A DNA stretch of 64,000 nucleotides from Candidatus Bathyarchaeota archaeon. GTDB taxonomy: Archaea > Thermoproteota > Bathyarchaeia > Bathyarchaeales > Bathycorpusculaceae. This document shows positions 48,739 through 58,603 of this stretch, in pieces. Position 1 is the first letter of the stretch; every line of letters begins with the position of its first letter. A program made the position numbers and the translations under genes. The notes under the pieces were generated by a model. That model saw nothing but the letters and a program-made list of their open reading frames with translations, made no database searches and was not told the DNA's origin. The DNA lies in assembly GCA_963833575.1 (NCBI GenBank), contig CAWHXY010000004.1, positions 992,001-1,056,000 on the forward strand, given 5' to 3'.

Positions 48739-50859
48739 TTAAGACCCAAATGCGTAGAATATGTGGTTGTATGAACCAATGTAAACTCTGTCGTTTGAAA
48801 TAGCGGGTGAAGAAACAACCATTCCTCCTGTTGCATAACTCCAAACACACGTGCCACTCATAGAATTAAAAGCATAAACTTTGCCGTCATTAGAACCCAC
48901 ATAGACTAATCCATTAGCTATGGCAGGCGAAGAAACCACTTCTCCTCCGACTGTGTAGTTCCACAAAACGTCGCCGTCAGATGCACGTAGAGCATAAAGA
49001 TTGTTATCTCCTGAACCTACGTAGACTACGCCATTAGCTGTGGCAGGAGACGAAGAAACCTCACCGCCTGTCAAATAACTCCAGACAAGCTTTCCGGTGA
49101 AAGCGTTTAACGCGTAAATTCTATGGTCATATGAACCTACAAAGACTGTAAGGTTTGCAATTGCAGGAGAAGAAATTACATAACCGTTTGTACTGTACTT
49201 CCAGATTAACGCTCCATTAGATGCATTTAACGAATAAACGTTATTATCGATTGACCCGACGTAGACTCTGCCATCAAATACGGTAGGCGAAGAAACAATT
49301 ATTTGGCCACCGGTCGAATAGTCCCACTCGAAAGCACCTGTGGTTGCATTCAACGCGTAAATTTTGTCGTCCTCTGAACCTATGTAGATTATGCCGTTGC
49401 TTATTGCAGGGGAGCTGATAACTGGACCAGCCGTTTTGTAACTCCATACGCCGGTACCTGTTGTTGCATTAAGAGCGTAAACTTTATCGTCATATGAGCC
49501 AAAGTAAACTATGCCATCAGCAACCGCTGGAGAAGAAAACATAACCATGTTTCCGGTAGTAAAGCTCCAAACAACATTATTATGGAGCTCCAAATTATAG
49601 CCAACCATTCCCGTGGAAGCATTCAAAGCGTACACTTTACCATCATGCGAACCAACATACACTAATCCACCCTCTATGGTCGGCGACGAATCAATCTCGC
49701 CACCAGTTGCAAAACTCCAAATATAATTTCCATCTGCGACGTTTAGCGCATAAAGTTTGCCATCCCATGAACCTAAGTAAACCACGCTTTTAGTTACTGC
49801 AGGACTAGAAATGACCATATCATTAGTCGTGAAGTTCCACAATAATTCTCCATTTAATGCATTCACCTTGTAGATTTTGTTATCCTCCGACCCAAAGTAG
49901 ACTGCGTTGCCGGCGATTGTTGGCGAGGATGCAACAATACCGTTTGTTGTGAAATTCCAAGTTTCTTTCCCATTTGATGCATTAAGAGCATAAACTCTGT
50001 TATCTGATGATCCAATATAGATTAACCCATTTGTAATACATGGGGATGAAAAGACAGGTCCTCCAGTAGTGTAGTTCCACATTGATTTTCCATTAAGAGC
50101 ATCTAAAGCATAGACAGTTCCATCTACCGAGCCCACGTACACTCTGCTATTAGTGCAGACGGGTGAAGAGACTACTTGGTTGTCTGTTAAAAAGCTCCAA
50201 ACATAGGCGCCGATAGAAGCGTTTAGCGCGTAAATTTTGTGGTCTTCTGAGCCTATGTAAACAATCCCGTTGCTTACATCAGGAGAAGACATCATGATTT
50301 TGTAACCTGTTTCAAAACTCCAAATAAACGCTCCTGTTGTAGCGTTCACCGCATAAATATTATTGTCTTCAGACCCAAAGTAAACTATTCCATTCGCAAC
50401 AGCTGGGTCACAATCAACATAATATCCTGTTGTATAATTCCACAGTTTGTTGCCATTGGTTGCGTTAAAAGCGTAAAGGTTGTGATCCTCTGAACCCACG
50501 TAGAGAATACCGTCTACTACTGCGGGACGAGATATCACTACGGCGCCTGTTGATGAATCCCATATGAGGGCACCATCTGAAGCATTAAAAGCGTAAATTT
50601 TGTGGTCATAAGATCCCACGTAAACAACATTATCAACGACCGTAGGCGAGTCAACTTGGCCGCCGGTGTTAAATTTCCACAGTGTCTGGTTTGTTTGCGG
50701 AGTTTGAGTATTCGAGTAGCCCGAATGTGTAAGATCTTTATGGAACATGGGCCATGAATCTAAGATAGGTTGGTTTTGTTGAAGAGAAAAGATTATTGCA
50801 ATACTTGAAACCAAAAATATCGCTACTATAATGAGACTTGCAATAGCTATTTTCTTCAT
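48739..50859 (-). CDS. PQQ/BamB-like repeat protein with 16 blades and an N-terminal membrane anchor
   Basis: 16 repeats of about 40 aa, SSPxVxxGxVYxGSxDxxxYAxNAxxGxxxW; WPMFHKDLTHSG closure motif. Confidence 0.92.
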   Translation of the reverse strand: MKKIAIASLIIVAIFLVSSIAIIFSLQQNQPILDSWPMFHKDLTHSGYSNTQTPQTNQTLWKFNTGGQVDSPTVVDNVVYVGSYDHKIYAFNASDGALIWDSSTGAVVISRPAVVDGILYVGSEDHNLYAFNATNGNKLWNYTTGYYVDCDPAVANGIVYFGSEDNNIYAVNATTGAFIWSFETGYKIMMSSPDVSNGIVYIGSEDHKIYALNASIGAYVWSFLTDNQVVSSPVCTNSRVYVGSVDGTVYALDALNGKSMWNYTTGGPVFSSPCITNGLIYIGSSDNRVYALNASNGKETWNFTTNGIVASSPTIAGNAVYFGSEDNKIYKVNALNGELLWNFTTNDMVISSPAVTKSVVYLGSWDGKLYALNVADGNYIWSFATGGEIDSSPTIEGGLVYVGSHDGKVYALNASTGMVGYNLELHNNVVWSFTTGNMVMFSSPAVADGIVYFGSYDDKVYALNATTGTGVWSYKTAGPVISSPAISNGIIYIGSEDDKIYALNATTGAFEWDYSTGGQIIVSSPTVFDGRVYVGSIDNNVYSLNASNGALIWKYSTNGYVISSPAIANLTVFVGSYDHRIYALNAFTGKLVWSYLTGGEVSSSPATANGVVYVGSGDNNLYALRASDGDVLWNYTVGGEVVSSPAIANGLVYVGSNDGKVYAFNSMSGTCVWSYATGGMVVSSPAISNDRVYIGSYNHIFYAFGS

Positions 50860-50932
50860 TTTTTCTCTAATTTATTTTCTACTCTTATAAGCTTATGACA
50901 TTTTGTCTCCAATAAATTGAAGAAAATATGGG

Positions 50933-52033
50933 CTATTTCTCGCGGAGACTTTCAGGAATATAGGCGCATGCAGGATCGGATTCATAAATGTCTCCTGTGT
51001 AGGCGTAAGCTCTATTTCTGCAGCCTCCGCAGAGTTCTCGATATTCGCACACTCCACACTTGCCTTTCAAGACATTTCTGTCTTGGAAACTCTTGTAGTA
51101 TTTTGATGCTTGGATTTCTTTCCACGCTGTTGTGAGGCTTTTTTCTCTAATGTTTCCCAACATCATTGGCTCTGAAGGTCTGAGATCTGTGTAGAAGCAC
51201 GGTATTAAATCGCCGTTTTCGGTTACGCTTAGATATCCACCGAAGGCAAAGTAGGTGCATTTTCCATGAAACTTATGCTCGTACCAATCGTCAAAATTAG
51301 ACGGATTCCTTTGTTTTACAACACGGACAAAATGTGGACAATGCACATGGATTTCGAATTTACCTTCGTATTTTTGTGTCAAATCCCATATATGATTAAG
51401 AGTCCACTCATATTCCTCAGGAGTTGGCGTAAGCTCACTTGTTTCAGCCATTTCTTTTGCTCGTCCGCTCGGCACAAGATGATTATACCAAACAAAGTTA
51501 GCGTGATATTTTTCGGCTAATTCTGCCACATGATCCAAATGTTTGTAGTTTATTTTTGTGATTGCGCATGCTAAACCATTAAGGATTTTACCGTTTGATA
51601 ATTTTTCAATGGCTGCGATTGCCTTATGGTACGATCCTTTTCCTCTTAATTGGTCGTTAATTTCTTCCGGTCCATCTATACTGACGGATGTCCAAACTTG
51701 ATTTTTGACTAAGTTATCGTAAATTTTTCCATCTACAAAGCACCCGTTGGTTAGTAAGCATACGTTGAGGCCAAGATTTTTTGCGTAAGTAACAATTTCA
51801 AAAATATCCTCACGCATTAGAGGTTCTCCGCCTTTTAAGCCGAACCATCTGACGCCAAAACTGTGAACTTCATCGACAAGATGCAACGCCTCTTTCGTGG
51901 TCATTTCTCTTGGCGAACGTTTACCTGTTGCATCAACATTGCAATATCTACAGCGAGCATTACAGGCTCCTGTTGCCCTCCAAGAAGTCATAAGTAAAGG
52001 ACCCTTATTCGTCAAGTCAAAATCCACCCTCAA
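50933..52033 (-). CDS. Radical SAM/SPASM protein; paralog of 36690..37799
   Basis: CNARCRYC, GGEPL, LTNG, CGVCEYRELCGGCR...DPAC. Confidence 0.92.
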   Translation of the reverse strand: MRVDFDLTNKGPLLMTSWRATGACNARCRYCNVDATGKRSPREMTTKEALHLVDEVHSFGVRWFGLKGGEPLMREDIFEIVTYAKNLGLNVCLLTNGCFVDGKIYDNLVKNQVWTSVSIDGPEEINDQLRGKGSYHKAIAAIEKLSNGKILNGLACAITKINYKHLDHVAELAEKYHANFVWYNHLVPSGRAKEMAETSELTPTPEEYEWTLNHIWDLTQKYEGKFEIHVHCPHFVRVVKQRNPSNFDDWYEHKFHGKCTYFAFGGYLSVTENGDLIPCFYTDLRPSEPMMLGNIREKSLTTAWKEIQASKYYKSFQDRNVLKGKCGVCEYRELCGGCRNRAYAYTGDIYESDPACAYIPESLREK

Positions 52034-52247
52034 AGTCTCTTCGCTGATTCATTATTTATGTTAACGTTTCCTTTCACACTAAAAAAGATTATGCGCTGCC
52101 TCTCTTAGTATCACTTTTTGATTCATCAGCAAACTTTGTTACCTATTTTATGAAAAAATAAAAAAGGGTCAAGTTCCGTAAGGTTTATAGTGAAACCAAC
52201 TATCATAAAGTCAATGGTGGCAACTCGTTAAACTCTTAAATGAAAAT

Positions 52248-54869
52248 TTGCACTTCATGATACACAAAAAAGGGTTCGCTATAGGCATTCTTATTGTACT
52301 TCTTTTTTCAGTTTTCGTTTCAATTTCAAGCCTCAGTTTAGGTGCAAACGCCCCGACAAACGACAGCTCAACTTCAGCCAATGTAAACCAATACGAGTGG
52401 CCCCAATTCCAAGGTAATGAGTCATTTACCCGTTTCTCGGCAGGACCAGCTCCTAACACATCAAACATACTTTGGAAAGCTAACATAACTGGCATACAAC
52501 CTTACATTACAGCCTTTGACGGGATGATCTTCGTGGGCACCAACACTTCTATGGTTGCAGTTGACCAAACAGGGGACATTGTTTGGAACACTGAAATTCC
52601 CCTCAATAAAACGTGGCCAATAGCCTATGAAATCGACTCTAGCCACCTAGTTGTTGAAGGAAGCTGCCTTGACCCACTCACTGGCAAAATACTATGGACA
52701 AACACGGCCTTCTCCACTGACACAGGAATCTTCAACTCACCCGTCTACAGCCCAGAACAAAAAATGTTTTACGTGAAAGTTAACTCGTACATTCAAGCTT
52801 GGGATTTTTCTAACCCGTCTATCCCGACAACTTTAGCTTGGCAAACTTACATTCCAGGCGGCGGCATAACGGGTATTGGAACCTGCTACGGTGACGGCTT
52901 AGTGTTTACTGGTTCTTTTGAAAACCAGCAGTTAGCACTCAATGCCACGACAGGAGCAATCGTATGGGATACCCTGACTAAAGGGCCGATGATTTTTAAC
53001 GGCGCCTACTCCAACGGAAGATATTTCAGGGGTGGAACAGACGATAACACGCTCTACTGTTTCAATGCAGCAAATGGTAAAATCCTGTGGACTTACACTT
53101 CGCCCAATGACCAGATCGGGTACTTCACAACAGGTCCAGCAGTAGCATACGGCAACGTTTATGAAATGAACAAAGACGGATACCTTTACGCTGTTAACGC
53201 ACAGACTGGCAATCTAGTCTGGAAGTACAAGGGTCCAGATTCTGAACTTATATGGCCGGGGATGCCGACAGTTGCCGACGGCAAAATCTACGTAACCATA
53301 GGCGAAAGGGAAGAGTACAATGGCCCATCCCAAACTTCAGAATTCGCGTGTCTAAACGCTTACAATGGACAGTTGATTTGGTCTCTTCCGATAGAAGCAT
53401 TGCCTCCGCGGGAATCCGCTATTGTTGCTTATGGTACTCTATACATTATTCCAGGCAGCGTGTCAACGGCAGTGGATACAACCTCAGGAACAGAGTACTC
53501 AACTGATAGTCAACTGTGGGCAATAGGCGACAAATCTAAATCGGTACCTTTTCCTAGTCCAACTCCAACCGCTATTACTCCAACAGCAATACCTACGGTA
53601 CAGCCGTCAGTAACTCTTATTCCATCTTCAACCGCTAGTGATTGGGCTATGTGGCGGGCTGACCCAACGCACTCCTCAACCGCTACAGTGGGTCCATCTA
53701 ATCTCACTTTGGCTTGGAAATATACGACGAAAGGATCTGTAATATCTTCACCAAGCATCGTAAACAACATCGTCTACGCAGGTTCACAAGACAAAAACAT
53801 CTACGCCATTAATGCACAAAATGGCAACCTTATCTGGAAATACTCAACCGGCGGCCCCATTGTTTCTTCGCCAGCCATTGGTGACGGCAAAGTTTACATT
53901 GCAAGTGAAGACGGATATGTTTACTGCCTCGACTCCAACAAGGGCACTTTTGAGTGGCAAACCTTCGTTGATAGCAATTTGACTTTTACGTTTGGTGACT
54001 TAGTGCTTAAGTCTTCACCTGTAATATCCAACGGCATGGTTTACATTGGGTCGCTCGATGGCAACCTGTACGCTATTAACGAAAACAATGGTGACATAGC
54101 CTGGAAATTCCAATCGGGAGGTCCAATAGAATCTTCCCCAGCGTTTGCAGACGGCGCAGTCTATTTCACTTCCCAAGAGCTAGCTTCAGGCATGCTCTAC
54201 AAACTAGACGCTAATACTGGAAACGTGATTTGGAATCTAACGCTTCCTTACCAATATTCATTCGTAGGCGGTACCGAAATGCTCGGTTCTCCTTCAGTTG
54301 CGGCAGGTATGGTGTTTGCGTCTTCCGACTGGGGCGCTTACTATGCAGTAAACTCTTCAACAGGGCATGTAATTTGGCCTTTTATTGACCCTGTCGCTAT
54401 AGAATTCATAGTTTCCTCGCCAATCTATTCGAACGGTGACCTCTTCATTATTGATAAGTTCAATATAGACTGCCTCAACGCCGCCACTGGCAAGAGCCTT
54501 TGGAGTGCATACACAGGAGACGAGCTATATGTTTCGCCCTCGTATGCTGATGGAAAAATATATGTTACAACTAGTCAACGCCACATATTCGTTTTGGACA
54601 CGACTAATAACGGTGTAACCATCGCAAATGCAACCATGCCTTCGAGCAGTTGGTCTTCACCAAGCATAGCTAACGGAAAATTATACATCGGATGCAACGA
54701 CTGGAACATTTATTGCTTTTCTGAATACGTCAGCAAACAAGCTTCAACTGCTTCTCCACAAAACACCGTTACCTTGGGGCATGACTTGGTAATAGTGGTT
54801 GCCATAATAGCTGCCGTTGCTGTAGCCACACTTTTTGCCTACGGCTATACAAACCGGAAAAAAGACTGA
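52248..54869 (+). CDS. Secreted double PQQ-like beta-propeller protein with Pro/Thr linker and C-terminal TM anchor
   Basis: WPQFQG and WAMWRAD closure motifs, SSP repeats, PSPTPTAITPT linker, C-terminal TM helix followed by RKKD. Confidence 0.9.
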   Translation: MHFMIHKKGFAIGILIVLLFSVFVSISSLSLGANAPTNDSSTSANVNQYEWPQFQGNESFTRFSAGPAPNTSNILWKANITGIQPYITAFDGMIFVGTNTSMVAVDQTGDIVWNTEIPLNKTWPIAYEIDSSHLVVEGSCLDPLTGKILWTNTAFSTDTGIFNSPVYSPEQKMFYVKVNSYIQAWDFSNPSIPTTLAWQTYIPGGGITGIGTCYGDGLVFTGSFENQQLALNATTGAIVWDTLTKGPMIFNGAYSNGRYFRGGTDDNTLYCFNAANGKILWTYTSPNDQIGYFTTGPAVAYGNVYEMNKDGYLYAVNAQTGNLVWKYKGPDSELIWPGMPTVADGKIYVTIGEREEYNGPSQTSEFACLNAYNGQLIWSLPIEALPPRESAIVAYGTLYIIPGSVSTAVDTTSGTEYSTDSQLWAIGDKSKSVPFPSPTPTAITPTAIPTVQPSVTLIPSSTASDWAMWRADPTHSSTATVGPSNLTLAWKYTTKGSVISSPSIVNNIVYAGSQDKNIYAINAQNGNLIWKYSTGGPIVSSPAIGDGKVYIASEDGYVYCLDSNKGTFEWQTFVDSNLTFTFGDLVLKSSPVISNGMVYIGSLDGNLYAINENNGDIAWKFQSGGPIESSPAFADGAVYFTSQELASGMLYKLDANTGNVIWNLTLPYQYSFVGGTEMLGSPSVAAGMVFASSDWGAYYAVNSSTGHVIWPFIDPVAIEFIVSSPIYSNGDLFIIDKFNIDCLNAATGKSLWSAYTGDELYVSPSYADGKIYVTTSQRHIFVLDTTNNGVTIANATMPSSSWSSPSIANGKLYIGCNDWNIYCFSEYVSKQASTASPQNTVTLGHDLVIVVAIIAAVAVATLFAYGYTNRKKD

Positions 54870-54961
54870 AAACCCGCTACTGCCAAAACAGTAATCGGTT
54901 AAACGGGACCTTGCGGTTGCTTTTTTCTCTAATCTACAATTAATTCCGCCCTTTGTTGGGC

Positions 54962-56431
54962 TTAGTCTTGCTGGTCTTTGCTTGGTGTGCTGTGACCGCC
55001 TGGGCTCTTCTTTACAGGCCTGATTTTGCCTAATTGCCTAAAAGCCCATCTCGTACTCCTGTATTTCCAAACAAGATGGTTTAATGCCATACGAGCCATA
55101 ATTTGACTATGGAAGTCTCCTCGCCTTCTCATCTTAAGGTAATACGTCGGAGTGAACATGTTGTCATAGACAGCTTTTTTGGTTGCTTCAAGCTTTGGAA
55201 GCGGTAACAGTTTGTTCTCGAAAACCTGCATCTGTTCATGGTAACGGTTCCAATCTTCGCTCATAGGCAAACCCAATTTCCGAACGTAGTCTGCAAGCTC
55301 AGTGCCTGGATATGGAACGGCTTCACACATGTAAACGTAGTCAGGTTTGGTTTTGCGGACAAAGTCTACGGTTTGCTGTAGCATCTCCGGCGTTTCGCCT
55401 GGATAACCTATAACTAATGAAATTGCAACAAGAATGCCTGAATCTTTCACCATTTTTATGGCTTTGGCGTTTTGCTTAACTGTAGTGCCTTTGCGCATTG
55501 TGTTTAGCATCTGTTGGCTGCCTGACTCAATACCGAAGTGGATGAGCTGGCAGTTTGTACTCCTAAGCTTAGTTAATAACTCTACGGATATTCTGTCTAC
55601 TCTTGTTCGGCAATCCCAAGGAAGCAAAAACTTTCTCGCCTGCATCTCGTTACATATAGCTATTGCTCTGTTTATGTCGTGAGTGAATGTATCATCATAG
55701 AATGCAAATGCTTCCGCCCCAAAAGTGTCCCTTAACCATTCGAGTTCATCAACAACCTTGCCTGGGCTTCTTGCCCTAAAGCCGCTGCCGCACATTTTAG
55801 ACGCAAGACAGAAGGCACAGTTGAAGGGGCATCCCCTGCTAGTTATTATGGGCATGTAGTTTTTGCTGTTAATTTTGTACCTTGTCATGTCAAAGTGGTG
55901 GTGAGCTGGGCGAGGAAGCAAATCGATGTCTTGTATGAATGGTCGGTCGGCAGTAGCCACCATTTTACCGTTTTTCTTGAAAGTTATACCTAAAACATCA
56001 TTTAAGTCCTCGAGCTTACCCTCTGAAAATATTCGTGCCAACTCCAGCATTGTCTGTTCGCCCTCTCCGCGGACAACAATGTCTACATCTTTGCTGTCGG
56101 CGAAAGTGCGCTCGTCAAGTACTGTGACATGAGGACCGCCAATCATAGTTATACAATTTGGAACGGCTGCTTTTGCAGCTTCCAGAATTTTGAGCGCTGG
56201 GAAATAGGTTACGGTTGCTGCAGTTACACCGATTATGTCGGGGCTTAAACTTCTGAACTTTTCTTCCATTTCTTTTTGGCTTGGTCGGTTAACTTGGCAA
56301 TCGACCACATCCACCTTGTAGCCTTTTTCTTCAAGCACCGCTGCCAAATAGCTTATGCCCAGCGGGATAAAGACGGCTTGCGGCACGTCGTCTGGATATG
56401 GTGGATTTGCTAGCACTACGTGAGCTTTCAC
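54962..56431 (-). CDS. Cobalamin-binding (class B) radical SAM protein
   Basis: IPLGISYL, GGPHVT, RGEGE, TSRGCPFNCAFC, FYDDTF, GIESGS, PYPGT. Confidence 0.93.
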   Translation of the reverse strand: MKAHVVLANPPYPDDVPQAVFIPLGISYLAAVLEEKGYKVDVVDCQVNRPSQKEMEEKFRSLSPDIIGVTAATVTYFPALKILEAAKAAVPNCITMIGGPHVTVLDERTFADSKDVDIVVRGEGEQTMLELARIFSEGKLEDLNDVLGITFKKNGKMVATADRPFIQDIDLLPRPAHHHFDMTRYKINSKNYMPIITSRGCPFNCAFCLASKMCGSGFRARSPGKVVDELEWLRDTFGAEAFAFYDDTFTHDINRAIAICNEMQARKFLLPWDCRTRVDRISVELLTKLRSTNCQLIHFGIESGSQQMLNTMRKGTTVKQNAKAIKMVKDSGILVAISLVIGYPGETPEMLQQTVDFVRKTKPDYVYMCEAVPYPGTELADYVRKLGLPMSEDWNRYHEQMQVFENKLLPLPKLEATKKAVYDNMFTPTYYLKMRRRGDFHSQIMARMALNHLVWKYRSTRWAFRQLGKIRPVKKSPGGHSTPSKDQQD

Positions 56432-56492
56432 GTTGTTTCCTCGACTTAATTATGGAAAACGGCTACGGGAACTATTATGTGTTTTGCAAAAA

Positions 56493-56557
56493 GGTTCTGT
56501 GAAGTCTTTAACGGATGGTTTTCTCTGTGAAAAATCATCGGATATTTTTCTATTGAC
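56493..56557 (+). repeat. Left terminal inverted repeat
   Basis: GGTTCTGTGAAGTCTTTAACGGAT...TGTGAAAAATCATCGGATATTTTTTCTATTGA. Confidence 0.9.
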
Positions 56558-56562
56558 AAATT

Positions 56563-56820
56563 ATGCTTGGAATAATTCAAGGTTTATGGAATGAATTTTT
56601 ACCACATGAAAAAATAATGATGATAGGTGCATTTGCAGAAATGATTTTTTTGGGAATTGCTATTTGGTTAAGAATAAACACAATAGTGGGGTTTTCTGTT
56701 TGTGCTGGTTCTATGATTGTACTTATCCGTTATGAGCATAAAATTTGGATTGCAAATCAGCAAAAACCCCAATACTTAGACCAATGCTTGCAAGAAAAAC
56801 CGCAAACATCCAAGAATTAG
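56563..56820 (+). CDS. Small membrane protein (element cargo)
   Basis: 85 aa with two hydrophobic segments; the 3' end overlaps the opposite-strand ORF. Confidence 0.4.
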   Translation: MLGIIQGLWNEFLPHEKIMMIGAFAEMIFLGIAIWLRINTIVGFSVCAGSMIVLIRYEHKIWIANQQKPQYLDQCLQEKPQTSKN

Positions 56821-57142
56821 AATTTTTTACCACCATCAAAATGAAATCGTTAAACAAACCACTAACAACAGTGGCAAATATCATGCCAACAAAAAATGCT
56901 AAATAAGCGTGACCTTTGTGCTTTGTTTGATTGTTAATAGCTGGAATAATGGCAATTCCGTTTCCACCTTTGATAATCAAACTAAGCAATATGTCGCTTA
57001 GTAAATAAGTGAAAATTGCTGTAAATCCAAATATCCAGTATTCAGGTAATAACCAACCGAGAGCTAGTAAAGCCAAAACTACTAAAATAAAAGCAATTAT
57101 TGGGTTCTGAAGTAACCTAATGAACGCATTACCTTTTGGCAT
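56723..57142 (-). CDS. Four-TM membrane protein (element cargo)
   Basis: 139 aa with four hydrophobic helices; directly downstream of the AbrB-like ORF. Confidence 0.7.
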   Translation of the reverse strand: MPKGNAFIRLLQNPIIAFILVVLALLALGWLLPEYWIFGFTAIFTYLLSDILLSLIIKGGNGIAIIPAINNQTKHKGHAYLAFFVGMIFATVVSGLFNDFILMVVKNSNSWMFAVFLASIGLSIGVFADLQSKFYAHNG

Positions 57143-57157
57143 AATTCTCTTCCGAAT

Positions 57158-57334
57158 CTACTTTACTTTAATCGGTTTTACCTGAATTACCAATTCTCCA
57201 TTTTCAACTTTCAATGTCCAATCGAGTTTGTCATATTCGGTTAATCCAAACTGTTTTACTATGCTGTAGGGTACGGTTGTTCTGAGTGATTCGCTTTTTG
57301 TTGCTGATTTGTTTAGGAATGTTATTTCTCCCAT
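57158..57334 (-). CDS. AbrB/MazE-like DNA-binding protein (58 aa), divergent from the transposase
   Basis: Not in the ORF track. Manual translation: MGEITFLNKSATKSESLRTTVPYSIVKQFGLTEYDKLDWTLKVENGELVIQVKPIKVK. GAGGT lies upstream. Confidence 0.8.
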   Translation of the reverse strand: MGEITFLNKSATKSESLRTTVPYSIVKQFGLTEYDKLDWTLKVENGELVIQVKPIKVK

Positions 57335-57339
57335 ATTGT

Positions 57340-57446
57340 TTACCTCTTGTTAGGTGTATCTATCGGTAAACGTCTATATTAGCTTTACCTATGTATTTAC
57401 CAATATATTTATTAATAGGTAAGCCTATAGGTAAATGTGTTGGTAA
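57340..57446. promoter_or_regulatory. Divergent promoter region with repeated GGTAA/TTACC boxes
   Basis: TTACC at 57340, 57385 and 57397; GGTAA at 57365, 57418, 57430 and 57442; central AT-rich TATATTTATTA. Confidence 0.55.
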
Positions 57447-57451
57447 GCACA

Positions 57452-58567
57452 ATGATGACCGAAAACCTCAGAGAACAAAAAGGTCAAGCAATCGCACAGC
57501 ACAACGGACAGGTCAAACGCATAGATGATTACCTTTACATCGTAAAATCGCAATCCAACAATGGCGAATATACCGTTAACAAGGTTGATAGCGAATGGTT
57601 ATGCGATTGCCCAGATTTTACTTATCGCCATGTACCATGCAAACACATCCACGCAGTAAACTTCTCATTAACAATCCGAGCAGAAGTAAAAGTAAGAACA
57701 ATCTCTCCAATCGAAAACCTAACAGAATGCATCTATTGTGGATCATCAAACATCGTTAAAGACGGAAAACGCAAAAATAAATCAGGAATAATACAGATTT
57801 TTGAATGTAGAGACTGCCACAAATACTTCACGTTCAACATAGGCTTTGAAAGAATGAAACACAATCCACAAGCAATCACCACAAGCCTTCAGCTTTACTT
57901 TAGCGGTGAAAGCCTAAGAAACACCATGAAAGCACTAGAACTAATGGGAATCCAAGTATCTTACCGAACAATTCTAAATTGGATAAAAAAATACATAACC
58001 CTAATGAAAAACTACGCTGAAAAAATAACTCCAAACGTAAGCGACACATGGAGAGCAGACGAAATTTACCTAAAAATTTCTGGAAATATGAAATACCTGT
58101 TCTCAATGATGGACGATGAAACACGCTTTTGGATTGCTCAAGAAGTCGCAGAAACCAAAGATAAACACGATGCAAGAAATATTTTACGAATGTCTAAAGA
58201 ACTAATGGGAAAAAAACCTTTGACTTTCATAACGGATGGGTTATTCGCTTACAATGATGCTTACAAAAAAGAGTTTTGGAGTTTAAGAAATCCGAGAACT
58301 GAACATATAAGACATATCACTTTGAGAGGCGATCACAACAACAATAAAATGGAGCGCATGAACGGAGAAATTCGTGATAGAGAAAAGACGATGAGAGGAT
58401 TAAAGAAAACTGATACTGACATTCTCAAAGGCTACCAACTTTATCATAACTACATTAGACCCCATGAAGCATTAGACGGAAAAACACCCTCTGAAGCTTG
58501 TGGAATAACAATCGAAGGAAAAAATAAGTGGCTAACTCTAATTCAGAACGCAAGCAAAAAGAGTTAA
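57452..58567 (+). CDS. IS6-family DDE transposase with N-terminal SWIM zinc finger and zinc ribbon
   Basis: SWIM CDCPDF...CKH; CIYC...CRDC; HTH SLRNT...VSYRTILNWI; DDE in WRADEIY, ITDGL and NNKMERMN. Confidence 0.92.
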   Translation: MMTENLREQKGQAIAQHNGQVKRIDDYLYIVKSQSNNGEYTVNKVDSEWLCDCPDFTYRHVPCKHIHAVNFSLTIRAEVKVRTISPIENLTECIYCGSSNIVKDGKRKNKSGIIQIFECRDCHKYFTFNIGFERMKHNPQAITTSLQLYFSGESLRNTMKALELMGIQVSYRTILNWIKKYITLMKNYAEKITPNVSDTWRADEIYLKISGNMKYLFSMMDDETRFWIAQEVAETKDKHDARNILRMSKELMGKKPLTFITDGLFAYNDAYKKEFWSLRNPRTEHIRHITLRGDHNNNKMERMNGEIRDREKTMRGLKKTDTDILKGYQLYHNYIRPHEALDGKTPSEACGITIEGKNKWLTLIQNASKKS

Positions 58568-58603
58568 AATCATTTATACCACATCCAAGCATAACTGAAA
58601 AGC

